Assembly: GCA_002269645.1 (NCBI GenBank)
Contig: NIVC01001518.1
Span: 62,001 to 126,000, forward strand
Direction of reading: 5' to 3'
DNA: 64,000 nt
Origin: Macrostomum lignano
Lineage: Eukaryota
Under the pieces are notes generated by a model that was not told the DNA's origin, did not search any database, and saw only the letters and a program-made list of their open reading frames with translations. The translations under genes and the position numbers were made by a program. Positions 1 through 12,346 of the stretch are shown in pieces. The first letter of the stretch is position 1, and each line of letters opens with the position of its first letter.

Positions 1-1091
1 TCCAAGACGTTTGGGTCGGCGGCGCCAGTGCAAAGAAGAGTTTCCACGCACCGGCCATTGTCGTTGCAAAGCGCAGCGAGATGCAGCGGAGTCTGACCGT
101 CGTGGCAGCGCAGGTTCGAATCTGCGCCAGCTTGAAGCAACAACTCGAGCGACTTCCAGCGGCCCTGGCGAGCGGCTTTGTGAGCGGCGGAACGACCGTC
201 GGTGAGCTGCTGGTTCACGTTGGCCCGCCCGCCGCTCAGCAGCCACCTCAGCACCTGGTGTTGTTGATGAGGGGCAAGTGTTTTTTATTTTGATCGCGCG
301 ACTGGGTTTTGATCAACCTGCAATCCAAGCGACTGGATTTTGAACAACCTGCAATCCAAGCGACTGGATTTTGAACAACCTGCAATCCAAGCGACTGCAT
401 TTTGAACAACCTGCAATCCAAGCGACTGCATTTTGAACAACCTGCAATCCAAGCGACTGCATTTTGAACAACCTGGGAATCCAAGCGACTGGATTTTGAT
501 CAACCTGGGAATCCAAGCGACTGGATTTTGAACAACCTGGGAATCCAAGCGACTGGATTTTGAACAACCTGGGAATCCAAGCGACTGGATTTTGATCACA
601 ACTGGGAATCCAAGCGACTGGATTCTGAACTGGATTCTGAAATAATGGGAAGTCACGCACACTACGGAAGTAATTTTCAAGAAAAGATGTGCATCCACAC
701 GTAAAAAGGGCTTTATATTAACCTCACTGTGACCTTTCTCGGCGGCAAGATGCACCGGCGAGTTTCCCTCCCCGGCAGTGCGCAGGTTCGGGTTCGCCGC
801 AGCGCCCAACTCCATCAGCAGGCAAGCGCACTGCGAGCGTCCAAACGAAGCCGCCTCGTGCAGAGGCGTCCAACCTTTCAAATCTTGCCTGTCAACTTGA
901 GCGCCGGCTTTAATTAGATGCCAAACTATAGTCACGTGACCATACTTCGTCGCCCACTGGAGAGCTGTTTTGCCCGACTCATCAGCGCAATCGATGCCGC
1001 AGCGCTGATTACGAAGTATCTGACATGTGTCTTTCAAGTTGCCTCTTTTAACGGCTTCGATCAGAGACTGGTTTTCATTTGTTTTCATCAT
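1..1091 (-). CDS. Ankyrin-repeat protein, 3' incomplete; exons 1091-723 and 254-<1
   Basis: Ankyrin motifs GKTALQWA, GWTPLHEAA, GNSPVHLAA in exon 1. Donor GAG|GTTAAT at 722 and acceptor CCAG|GTG at 255 join in phase 0 to VLRWLLSGGRANVNQQLTDGRSAAHKAA...GQTPLHLAA. Confidence 0.9.
296..625. repeat. 31/32-bp tandem repeat (TTTTGAACAACCTGCAATCCAAGCGACTGGA) filling the ankyrin gene intron
   Basis: About 10 near-identical units visible directly. Confidence 0.95.
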
Positions 1092-3055
1092 GAGACTGCA
1101 AAACAGTTTTTTTATGTTGCGATAAATGCTTTTTTATTTTATCAGAATAGTTATCAATGATATTTTAATGGTTCCTAATTTTAACACGATTTACAGAAAA
1201 GTTAATTCACATCATATCTATTTTTGAGCCAAAATAAGTCAAACTCATTATAATGAAATGAATCATTTTAATGTGTGTAACAAACACACTAAGATTGCAG
1301 CTAAAGAAATGTTACGTAAAGATTTTATAATATTTTTTTATTTTAATTAAATGGTTACTTAAAGATTTACAAGCTTGAAATAATATCATATTCAGTTTGA
1401 CTGTAGTTACGATACTCCTCTGTAATCGACAAATTAGGCCAAAGAAGACTACTTTGACTAGATTGCATTGAATAGAGAAATCTATCTAACCAAATCTGCA
1501 GATTGTGCGCAGATCCAGAGAATAAAATTGAAGGCGGGCAACTTATACTATGTATCATGGTGCTAAAATTTTCGAGACAAAGCAGGCATTATCAAATTTG
1601 TTTCGTCCCAGCTGGGAAAAGAGAATTGAAGCTGGGGCTGGCCACCTTACCCCTCACCGGCCTGGACCCGCCACTACCGCGGATATCAGTCTGTCAGTGA
1701 CCAGTGTGCTAATAAGATCGCCGCGTACATATATATAACTAAAATATATTATTACGGCTCACAAAGTACATGTATACGTTTTAAAATATCATTGCGCTAT
1801 ACAATATCACATTTTTAGTGGTTTAACATATAATAAAGTTTGATGAAATTGAAATATTTAAATATATTTGGTCGGAAATTTTAGTTCCTTATTCCTTTAA
1901 AAAATCAAAACGATCGACCTTGAAAGCAAAAGCAGCAAGAACACATGCTCGAAGTTAGTGCAAAAAGCAGCCATTTTCCTAATTGTTCTATTTACACCAA
2001 AACACTATCTTAAACAGATTTATTATTATCAATAGCTTTTCGTAATATTTCTTTTCATTGCATTGAATTGAAGAAGAAGAATCGTATTATGCAAGTGTGT
2101 TTAAAATTTGTAATCGGTCAATTTCGTGCTATTAAAGAAAAAACAAAGTATATAGTAGGAAAAACTTTTCACTGCACTAAATGTATTCTTTATCCAGAAA
2201 TAGTGCGCAAACGTTTTTAAAATTATTTTTGTGCCTTCTTGTTTCTGACGTTTCTTTACAATGTTGTTTACGTTCAGTATTGTGCACTTTAGTTTAAGTT
2301 TAGTAATGTTGTATGTTAATTGTGATGTTATTTGTGTGTTATTGTATGCACGCACTTCCTCTTAGTTTCAAAGTGACAATGTTGTCTCGTGTGTTCACTT
2401 ACTTTTTAATTGTTTAATTGTCTGGAATAATTGGGGCTATTGACGATACTGTATTTATAGCCTGAATTGTGTCCCTCTAGCCTATGCGGCTAGGTCTAGG
2501 GCCATCTAACTCAAAGGCAGTACTATTTACTATAGACAAATATAGTAGAAAACTACAAACTACAGTCAAACTAAATATGATATGATTAGTATAATCAGTT
2601 TTAAAACTTTGATAGGGGCCTAGAACAGAACCAAGCATAAAAAGAGCCAAGTCCCAGAATTTGCCAAAGACTTTGTGATCTAGCTTATTAATATTTAAAG
2701 CTAGATGCTAGATCACTGCCTGTCCATGGGCCCATGGCCATTCTCTAGTCTAGGCCTAGCAGGGATAAAAGTAGGATAAATTCATATTAATAAGTTATAA
2801 GTTAAAATATAATATTATCATTTGTTACTAGTTTAGCACTAGGCCTATCGCCTATGCTATGTCTAGTCTAGATATTATTGGTTGTAAAAGATAGAATTTT
2901 TTTTATTTGAGTTAATCATTTAACATCATTGATATTTCAGATTCAAAAGTTATAGAAAATTAATAATAATTATCAAAGCATACATCAGGGCCAAAATAAG
3001 TTGCAACCCTTTGAAGCTATTGACATGATTTTTCTCAAACCAAAAGTGAGTGAAA

Positions 3056-3422
3056 ATGAGTCGACTGAAGAATCCATCGGAGTTCGGGTCTAAGGAAAGC
3101 CAGTGCTACTTTATCATGGCATGCCAACGACAGGGCAAAACAACGACATAGACCTTTGATGAGGTGTGTCTTGCTTTCGGTGTTCTTTGGCCCAATGAAG
3201 ATGCCAATGCGTGGCGAGATCATCATAATATGCGAGGAGGTCATCGAAGCAGCCAACAAGTCTCTGCATCAGTTTGATGCCAGCTTCTGGGAGTCTGGCT
3301 TCAACAAGCTGATTGAGTGCTACCAAAAATGCATCTTTGTAAATGGCAAATACATGGAGCAAGGCAGCAATCAATCTATGGACGCATCTGGCTATAGAAG
3401 CGACAGTGACAGTGATTGGTAG
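3056..3422 (+). mobile_element. Degenerate, internally deleted mariner transposase remnant
   Basis: From ATG 3056: MSRLKNPSEFGSKESQCYFIMACQRQGKTTT*TFDEVCLAFG resembles the mariner N-terminal HTH. It is joined out of frame near 3182 to FFGPMKMPMRG...FWESGFNKLIECYQKCIFVNGKYME, which resembles the mariner C-terminus (FY..GI.KL..RW.KCI...G.Y.E). TIRs not recognisable. Confidence 0.6.
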
Positions 3423-4867
3423 CTGTAACTTGGAAATTGTATTTCATGACTATAAATAATCTAGTGTACAATCGCTTATTACTATTAACCATCAACTCCA
3501 AACTTTCTGAAACTTTATAATATTATAAAATACAAGTTGCCTGTTTGTCTGTTTAATTTTTTTTCTGAATCAGACAAAAATTATTACCATGAAGAGCATT
3601 AGTCCAGAAACTTTTGCAACACCTCTCGTAGATATGGATATAGAAATATTTTGGTTATTGTAGAACTTTATAAAAAGAAAGTTATTTTATATTAGGTAAA
3701 ATAAATTTCTTGACTTAATCTAATAATTTGTAAAGTTTTCTATGAAATGAAGTATTTGAAATAGATATGAAAATACTAATACTGTAGCACTATGGCTAAA
3801 ACTTGAATTTGGGTTGCTCTGTATTAGTAAATACCAATAGCCTGATATAGGCCTACCTTTACACATAAAACTTTCTAAAAACTTAGAAATATTTGTAGGC
3901 CTAACTTTATAAACTATGACATGAGAATTGTCTGTTTTACAGATTAAAACCAATCAAGTAGGCCCTAGTATTTTCATTAAAACCAAGTCATATGGAGCCC
4001 TATAAATAGGGATTTTATAATATGTAATTATAAGTAAAAGTTTGTTCATTTATAAACGATCATGACATTGTATATTAATTAGTCCCTTGTATGATTTAAA
4101 AATAGTTGGAATTTATATTTATCTTTTTAGCAAGTTTAAAAACTTTATTTTATTATATTATTAGGTATTAAAAAATTATAGTAGGACTCAATTGTAATTT
4201 AGGTTAAATTTATATAATGCAAATAGAAGTTATATACTTCAAATCAGTAAGTTAGAACTAATAATAATTCATGCTAAATTTATAAATTTCTTTATACTTC
4301 TAGGTTTTCATATTATATAGCCACATTTATTGATAAGAATTTTGGCAATTGTCAAGTTAAAGGTTGGGGTTCTGTTTCTGCACCCATTTGAACTATTTTT
4401 GCCCTTTAGCAAGACATTTAACTTTGAATTGCTTTAGTTCACCTAGCTATAAAATAGATAATAGCATTATCTGGGATAATTGAGTTTGCACAATAGTAGT
4501 GGCTGAGCTATTGGTTGCATATCTTGCCTATTATGGTATGCATAGTCAGTTATTATTATTAAAATTATTAATATTATTATATTATGTTCTCATTGGTTTT
4601 GATTAAGCAATGATTTTGAAGGCCTTGATGCCTGATTTCATCATATTTTGTCTATAGTATAATTTATAGTAGATACCATAATAGATACCATAGACATTTA
4701 TAGTATTATACCAGTTTTAATATACATAGTAGATCATGCCAATGTCCACAGTGAATACCTATGGTCATATTGATCAAGACCATAATGTGTGCAATATTTA
4801 TCAATTATTATCCTTAATCATGCTAATAAAATTTATCAATTGTTTTAACAACTCAATTCAAGCTTGC

Positions 4868-7800
4868 ATGACAACAAATCAAGTTGCAAGCACCAATGGC
4901 GCTGCCTCATCACCAGCAGCAGCCGCGGCAGCTGCCAGCCTCCGCTGGAATCCAAACAATTTAAAGCTTGGCAGAGAAGTCGGCGAAGGCACATTTAGCA
5001 CAGTGTACATGGCTCAGATAGTTGAGAATGGGTCTGTTGTGCACAATGAAGTAGCCGTGAAAGTCTGCGATCAGAGTCAGATCATGCGCAAGAAAGCTGT
5101 GGATGTCATCATGACAGAGAAGGAGGCCCTCACCAGAGTTGATCACAAGCTATTTGTTAGATTAATTTGCACTATGAAAGACAAGGAGCGCTTGTACTTT
5201 GTGCTCACCTATTGTCCTCGGGGCGAGCTGTTGTCATGGATACGGAAGCTGGGCAACTTCAGCATTGAATGCGCCAGGTTCTACTGTGGCGAGCTGCTGG
5301 AGGCCTGCGAGTACCTCAATAGCATCGGCATTGTGCACCGGGATGTCAAGCCCGAGAACTGCTACCTGATGCAGGACTTCCAATTGAAGCTGGGCGATTT
5401 TGGTAGCGCCTTCATCACTGGCTTTCCCAAGTGCCCGTCTTATACTGGTGAGTGCTGATCCTTCAGGTGACCTCACTGATCCTTCAGGTGAACTGTCTGA
5501 TCCTTCAGATGACCTCTGATCCTTCAGGTGACCTCTGATCCTTCAGATGACCTCTGATCCTTCAGGTGACCTCTGATCTTTCAGGTGAACTGTCTGATCC
5601 TTCAGGTGACCTCTGATCCTTCAGGTGACCTCTGATCCTTCAGGTAAACTGTCTGGTCCTTTAGGTGACCTCTCTGATCCTTCAGGTGGCTTCTGATCCT
5701 TCAGGTGAACTGTCTGATCCTTTAGGTGTCGCGTAAGATCCCCAAGTTAAAATCCCATAGCGTAAGATCTCCAAGTTAAAATCCCATAGCGTAAGATCCC
5801 CAAGTAAAAATCCCATAGCGTAAGATCCTCAAGTTAAAATCCCATAGCGTAAGATCCTCAAGTTAAAATCCCATAGCGTAAGATCCTCAAGTTAAAATCC
5901 CATAGCGCAAAAATCCCCAAGTTAAAATCCCACATCTAAAGATACGTAAATTCAAATCCCAATATTAATTTCTTTTCCCCAATTGCTGCCACCCCACCCC
6001 CAGGCACTCCGCACTACGCCGCCCCGGAGATGCTGCTGCAAACTGCCAAAGGCGATCACACTGTGCTGTACACAATGGACCTGTGGGCAATTGGCTGCTG
6101 TCTGTTCCAATTCCTGTCCGGTCGGCCTCCGTTTCGCGGCCGAGACGACTACAGCGTGATGCAACAAGCCGTGGCCGTGTCCTACACATTTCCCGACCAG
6201 TTTGACCCGGTTGCTAAGGACCTGGTTACTAACCTGTTAGTTAAAGAGGCTGCCGATCGTTTAGGCTCGCCAAGTCGCGGCGGTTTCGACGCGGTGAAGT
6301 CGCACGAATTCTTTACCGGCCTGCCGTTCGGTCAGCTGGTCGATATGAAACCGCCGGAGCTGGCGCCTAATCTGCCGCCTGTGATGGAGCCAGACCAGGA
6401 GGTTGACTGGGCCAATGTGCCTCTGGGTTATAGTCAGGGAGTGCGGCAGCTGCTCAATGCCGAGCTGATGGCCACAGGGGAGCAGCAGAAGCGACTGTCG
6501 GCTGGTAGCGGCGGTGCGCCGATCGACGCTCAGAACAAGGCTAGCGAGACTGAGCGGCTGCGCCGGGAACAGGAGATGCAGAATCCGTTTCATCGGTTCT
6601 GCAGGCAGCAGGTGGGCTTTGGGATGTGGGATGGAGCATGGAGGTGGGGTGTGGGATAGATGTGGGTATTTGGGTGTGGGATGGATGTGGGTTTTTAGGT
6701 GTGGGATGGAGGTAGGTTTTGTGTGTGGGATAGATGTGGGTTTTGGGTGTGAGATAGATGTGGGTTTTTTGTGTGGGATAGATGTGGGTTTTGTGTGTGG
6801 GATAGATGTGGGTTTTGGGTGCGGGATTGAGGTGGGTTTTGGGTGTGGGATAGATGTGGGTTTTGTGTGTGGGATAGATGTGGGTTTTGGGTGCGGGATT
6901 GAGGTGGGTTTTGGATGTGAGATAGATGTGGGTTTTTTGTGTGGGATAGATGTGGGTTTTGTGTGTGGGATAGATGTGGGTTTTGGGTGCGGGATTGAGG
7001 TGGGTTTTGGGTGTGGGATAGATGTGGGGTTGTATGTGTGGGATTGAGGTGGGTTTTGGGTGTGGGATAGATGTGGGGTTGTATGTGTGGGATTGAGGTG
7101 GGTTTTGGGTGTGGGATAGATGTGGGGTTGTATGTGTGGGATTGAGGTGGGTTTTTTGGTGTGGGATAGATGTGGGGTTGTATGTGTGGGATTGAGGTGT
7201 GTTTTGGGTGTGGGATAGATGTGGGGTTGTATGTGTGGGATTGAGGTGGGTTTTGGGTGTGGGATTCGGGTGGGCTTTGGGTGTGGGATTCGGGTGGGCT
7301 TTGGGTGTGGGATTCAGGTGGGCTTTGGGTGTGGGATTCAGGTGGGCTTTGGGTGTGGGATTCAGGTGGGCTTTGGGTGTGGGATTCGGGTGGGCTTTGG
7401 GTGTGGGATTCGGGTGGGCTTTGGGTGTGGGATAGATGTGGGATTGAGGTGGGCTTTGGGTGTGGGATAGATGTGGGGTTGTATGTGTGGGATTGAGGTG
7501 GGCTTTGGGTGTGGGATAGATGTGGGGTTGTATGTGTGGGATTGAGGTGGGCTTTGGGTGTGGGATAGATGTGGGGTTGTATGTGTGGGATTGAGGTGGG
7601 TTTTTTGGTGTGGGATAGATGTGGGGTTGTATGTGTGGGATTGAGGTGTGTTTTTTGGTGTGGGATAGATGTGGGGTTGTATGTGTGGGATTGAGGTGGG
7701 TTTTGGGTGTGGGATTCGGGTGGGCTTTGGGTGTGGGATTCGGGTGGGCTTTGGGTGTGGGATTCAGGTGGGCTTTGGGTGTGGGATTCAGGTGGGCTTT

Positions 7801-8452
7801 GGGTGTGGGATTCAGGTGGGCTTTGGGTGTGGGATTCGGGTGGGCTTTGGGTGTGGGATTCGGGTGGGCTTTGGGTGTGGGATAGATGTGGGATTGAGGT
7901 GGGCTTTGGGTGTGGGATAGATGTGGGGTTGTATGTGTGGGATTGAGGTGGGCTTTGGGTGTGGGATAGATGTGGGGTTGTATGTGTGGGATTGAGGTGG
8001 GCTTTGGGTGTGGGATAGATGTGGGGTTGTATGTGTGGGATAGATGTGGGTATTTGGATGTGGGATGGAGGTGGGTTTTGGGTGTGGGATAGATGTGGGG
8101 TTTTGTGTGTGGGATAGATGATAGACGCCAACACGCCCCCCCACCCCTATCGCAGCTGATCATCCGCCAGGGCTATCTGTACAAGCGGCGCGGCCTGTTC
8201 GCCCGCAAGCGCATGTTCCTGCTCACCTTCGGGCCGCACCTGTTCTATGTGGACGCCGAGAAAATGGAGCTGAAAGGCGAAGTGCCCTGGTCGGGGCCCC
8301 GGTTCATGCAGTTCGAACGGCGCACGGGCAAGCTGTTCTACATCCACGTGGTGAACAGGACCTACTGCCTGGAGGATCCTGCTGAACAGTCGGACGCCTG
8401 GATCGAGGAACTGCAGCGGGTTCAGCGAATGTACTTTAAGGACGATCCGTAA
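4868..8452 (+). CDS. PDPK1: 3-phosphoinositide-dependent protein kinase 1 (kinase + C-terminal PH); exons 4868-5447, 6004-6611, 8156-8452, about 494 aa
   Basis: GEGTFSTV, VAVK, HRDVKPEN, DFG, activation loop SYTG|TPHYAAPE across a phase-1 intron. PH exon LIIRQGYLYKRRGLFARKRMFLLTFGPHLFYVD matches the PDK1-type PH. GT-AG junctions keep frame (1485 nt total). Confidence 0.95.
5455..5725. repeat. 19-21-bp tandem repeat (CTGATCCTTCAGGTGACCT), 5' half of PDK1 intron 1
   Basis: About 13 units beginning immediately after the donor. Confidence 0.95.
5730..5932. repeat. 29-bp tandem repeat (GCGTAAGATCCTCAAGTTAAAATCCCATA), 3' half of PDK1 intron 1
   Basis: About 7 units. Confidence 0.95.
6612..8120. 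repeat. GT-rich compound minisatellite (AGGTGGGYTTTGGGTGTGGGAT core) filling PDK1 intron 2, with a 450-bp higher-order duplication
   Basis: Identical ORF-track entries at 7257-7496 and 7707-7946 are offset by 450 bp. Confidence 0.95.
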
Positions 8453-8539
8453 AAGATTGGCTATTTAGCCATCCTAGCACTGCAAACCTCAACTCATGTG
8501 CCTTTGCTGGGGCATTCAGTTATCGAATCCAGTGGGAAT

Positions 8540-9430
8540 TTTTGGTGTCCTCAAGTCCCATGTGGATCTGTATTGCCCATGTGAATCAAATTGATGTACA
8601 ATCCCTGGTCCTTGGAAGCTTTGATGTCCTTAAATCCTCTTGGGTGTCCTCAAATCCCATTGGGTGTCCTTAAATCCCCTTGGATGTCCTCAAATCCCCT
8701 TGGATGTCCTCAAATCCTCTTGAGTGTCCTAAGCCTCTTGGATGTCCTCAAATCCTCTTGGATGCCTTCAAATCCCCTTAAAATTCCCTTGGATGTCCTC
8801 AAATCCTCTCGGGTGTTCTCAAATCCCCTTTGGGGTTCCCCAAAGCCTCTTGGATGTCCTCAAATCCCTTTGGATGTCCTCAAATTTCCTTGGGTATCTT
8901 TATATCCTCTCGGGTGTCCTTAAATCTTGGATGTCCTCAAAGCCTCCTGGGTGTCCTAAGCCTCTTGGATATCCTCAAAGTCTCTTGGATGTCCTCAAAG
9001 TCTCTTGGATGTCCTCAAATCCTCTTGGGTGTCCTAAGCCTCTTGGGTGTCCTCAAAGCCTCTTGGGTGTCCTCAAAGCCTCTTGGGTGTCCTCAAAGCC
9101 TCTTGGGTGTCCTCAAAGCCTCTTGGATGTCCTCAAAGCCTCTTGGGTGTCCTCAAAGCTTCTTGGATGTCCTCAAAGCCTCTTGGATGTCCTCAAAGCC
9201 TCTTGGGTGTCCTAAGCCTCTTGGGTGTCCTCAAAGCCTCTTGGGTGTCCTCAAAGCCTCTTGGGTGTCCTCAAAGCCTCTTGGGTGTCCTCAAAGCCTC
9301 TTGGATGTCCTCAAAGCCTCTTGGGTGTCCTCAAAGCTTCTTGGATGTCCTCAAAGCCTCTTGGATGTCCTCAAAGCCTCTTGGGTGTCCTCAAAGCCTC
9401 TTGGATGTCCTCAAATACCATCGGGTGTTC
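8540..9430. repeat. 20-bp tandem repeat (TCCTCAAAGCCTCTTGGGTG) downstream of the PDK1 stop
   Basis: Degenerate at the left end, homogeneous at 9040-9410. Confidence 0.95.
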
Positions 9431-10336
9431 TCGAATCCTGTTGGATGTGAGATCCCATGCAATCTTTGATTGGATCTTTCATTTTCTCAAATCCCAGAGC
9501 CTTGAATAATGTCAGTCACTCAGTCAGTCTCAGCTTGTAATTAGCTCTTGCTGATTAATAATCCGATATATTGCTCATCATACAAAAGTGATTCCCAACC
9601 AAACTTTTCTAAAAGCGGTGGCGGCACACGGTCTTTCAAAAGCTTTTGGAATGAATCGAAATTTTGTTAAAATCAACTAGCTTTACGGATTTCATTGAGA
9701 GCCATCATCACTGTTATATTAGAAATTTCAATTGAATATGATTTTATAATCGCGTTCTTTTACTGCCTACTCACCACTAGTTTGGTTAGTAGCATAGTCT
9801 GTTTTTAGTTACACTTTAGAATTTGATTTGCTGTTAGTTGACAACCCCTAAACTCCCGTGTTGAACTGTCAAATGAAATTTATATTAATTTAAAATTCGC
9901 ACTACACATAGCATAAAATATGATATGGACACAATTCCTTTTTAGCTCTTAACCTTTGTTCTGTTGTTGCACAGATTTTTTGCCCTCTTCATAACACAAG
10001 GGGGCGCGCAACGCTTGGGTTGCATGATAAATTGTAATTAACTATTCTTTTCTCTAGCCTACAGACCCGTGTTCTGCAGTCAGTGTATTCTGTGTTTCTT
10101 TAATGTAATCGCTAAACTTTACTTATAATTATTTTTGTCCGTGCACCGTCTGGTGTATGGCTGTTTAATAAAGTCAATCTCCGATTGGATGCATGATTCT
10201 GTCCCAGTTGCATGAAATGTTATTTCTTGGGAAACTTTAATCCAGGCCTGCTGCGAGTGGCTTCTCAATTGTAATGCGGATCTGAATTAAACCGACTCAT
10301 TTTTTTGGGAAAAAGTCCCTGATTTTAATGCTCCTA

Positions 10337-11182
10337 CCAGATCCCGAGTTGCTGGGCCCTAGCGCAAGCCTCTCAGATCCCCTGTTGCTGGGCCCTAGCG
10401 CAAGCCTCTCAGATCCCCTGTTGCTGGGCCCTAGCGCAAGCCTCTCAGATCCCCTGTTGCTGGGCCCTAGCGCAAGCCTCTCAGATCCCCTGTTGCTGGG
10501 CCAGCCTCTCAGATCCCCTGTTGCTGGGCCCTAGCGCCAGCCTCTCAGATCCCCTGTTGCTGGGCCAGCCTCTCAGATCCCCTGTTGCTGGGCCCTAGCG
10601 CCAGCCTCTCAGATCCCCTGTTGCTGGGCCCTAGCGCCAGCCTCTCAGATCCCCTGTTGCTGGGCCCTAGCGCCAGCCTCTCAGATCCCCTGTTGCTGGG
10701 CCCTAGCGCCAGCCTCTCAGATCCCCTGTTGCTGGGCCAGCCTCCCAGATCCTCAGTTGCTGGGCCAACCTCCCAGATCCTCAGTTGCTGGGCCACCAGC
10801 CTCCCAGATCCTCAGTTGCTGGACCAGCCTCCCAGAGCCTCAGTTGCTGGGCCAGCCTCCCAGATCCTCAGTTGCTGGGCCACCAGCCTCCCAGATCCTC
10901 AGTTGCTGGACCAGCCTCCCAGATCCTCAGTTGCTGGGCCAGCCTCCCAGATCCTCAGTTGCTGGGCCACCAGCCTCCCAGATCCTCAGTTGCTGGACCA
11001 GCCTCCCAGATCCTCAGTTGCTGGGCCAGCCTCCCAGATCCTCAGTTGCTGGGCCAGCCTCCCAGATTCTCAGTTGCTGGGCCACCAGTCTCCCAGATCC
11101 TCAGTTGCTGGGCCAGCCTCCCAGATCCTCAGTTGCTGGGCCAGCCTCCCAGATCCTCAGTTGCAGGACCAGCCTCCCAGAT
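10337..11182 (+). repeat. Dispersed 28-32-bp satellite family (CCTCCCAGATCCTCAGTTGCTGGGCCAG), array 1
   Basis: Same unit recurs at about 14.6, 18.7, 50.8 and 53.1 kb. Confidence 0.95.
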
Positions 11183-11574
11183 TTTATAAAGCAAGTCTTG
11201 AAAACATATCATTGTACACTTTGGACTTCTAAGCAATTTATCCAAACAAAGATTTTATTATACACGGCAGGTATAGTACAAATCTGTATTATTTAACATT
11301 AAAAAACTATATTATTTGTTATTTACACCGGAATATAATTGGAAGAGAAAAACTTGCGGCAAAATTGATAGAAATTGACGCGAGCACTCCATGAGGTGCC
11401 ATGGCTACCAACAGAAACCAGCATTCAGTTACGTTGGACTCGGGTGGAAAAGTGCATCGGTAACTTGCCAATTAACTAATAGAAATTTTTTATATAATAA
11501 ACTATTTAGACCAATCAATAACATCGCTTATAGGGTAACAAGTCGCACTTACTTGCACATTAGTAACCTATTCT

Positions 11575-12320
11575 ATGAGCACTTTATGAGCATACAATAG
11601 GCACACTATAGGCACACTATGAGCAAACAATAAGTACACAATGAGCATACAATAGGCACACTATGAGCAAACAATGAGTACACAATAAGAATACAATAGG
11701 CACACTATGAGCACACTATAGGCACGCAATCAGCACACTATGAGCACACAATGAGCACACTATTAACACTATAAGCATACAATGAGCACATAATGAACAC
11801 ACTATAAGCACACAATGAGCATACAAAGGATCAATAGGCTATTGATCATAGACAAAATTCGCACAATAAGCACACAATGAGCACACAATAAGCACATAAT
11901 GAGCACACAATAAGCACATAATGAGCACACAATAAGCACATAATGAGCACACAATGAGCACACTAAAAGCACACAATTAGCACACTATGAACATACAAAT
12001 GATCAAAAGGCTATTGACCATAAACAAAATTTGCACAATAAGCACACAATGAGTACACAATGAGCACACAATAAGTACATAATGAGCACACAATGAGCAT
12101 ACAATGAGCACATAATGAGCACACTAAAAGCACACAATGAGCACATAATGAGCACATTAAAAGCACACAATAAGCACATAATGAGCACACAATGAGCACA
12201 TAATGAGCACACTAAAAGCACACAATTAGCACACTATGAACATACAAATGATCAATAGGCTATTGACCATAGACAAAATTCACACAATAAGCACACTACA
12301 AGCGCATTATGAGCAAAACT
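11575..12320. repeat. Degenerate 9-11-bp CA-rich satellite (GAGCACACAAT) with larger repeated blocks, downstream of the aminopeptidase stop
   Basis: Block GGCTATTGAYCATARACAAAATT recurs near 11838, 12010 and 12258. Confidence 0.9.
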
Positions 12321-12346
12321 ATAATAGTACTTTGAGCACACAGTCT

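Noticed and set aside
1505-1675. Possible small MITE with GTGCGCAGATCCAG / CTGGACCCGCCAC ends
   Set aside because: Ends match only partially and no TSD is visible
4736-4867. Upstream in-frame ATG (4736) extending PDK1
   Set aside because: AT-rich, intron-like sequence ending in an acceptor at 4862; ATG 4868 is more plausible
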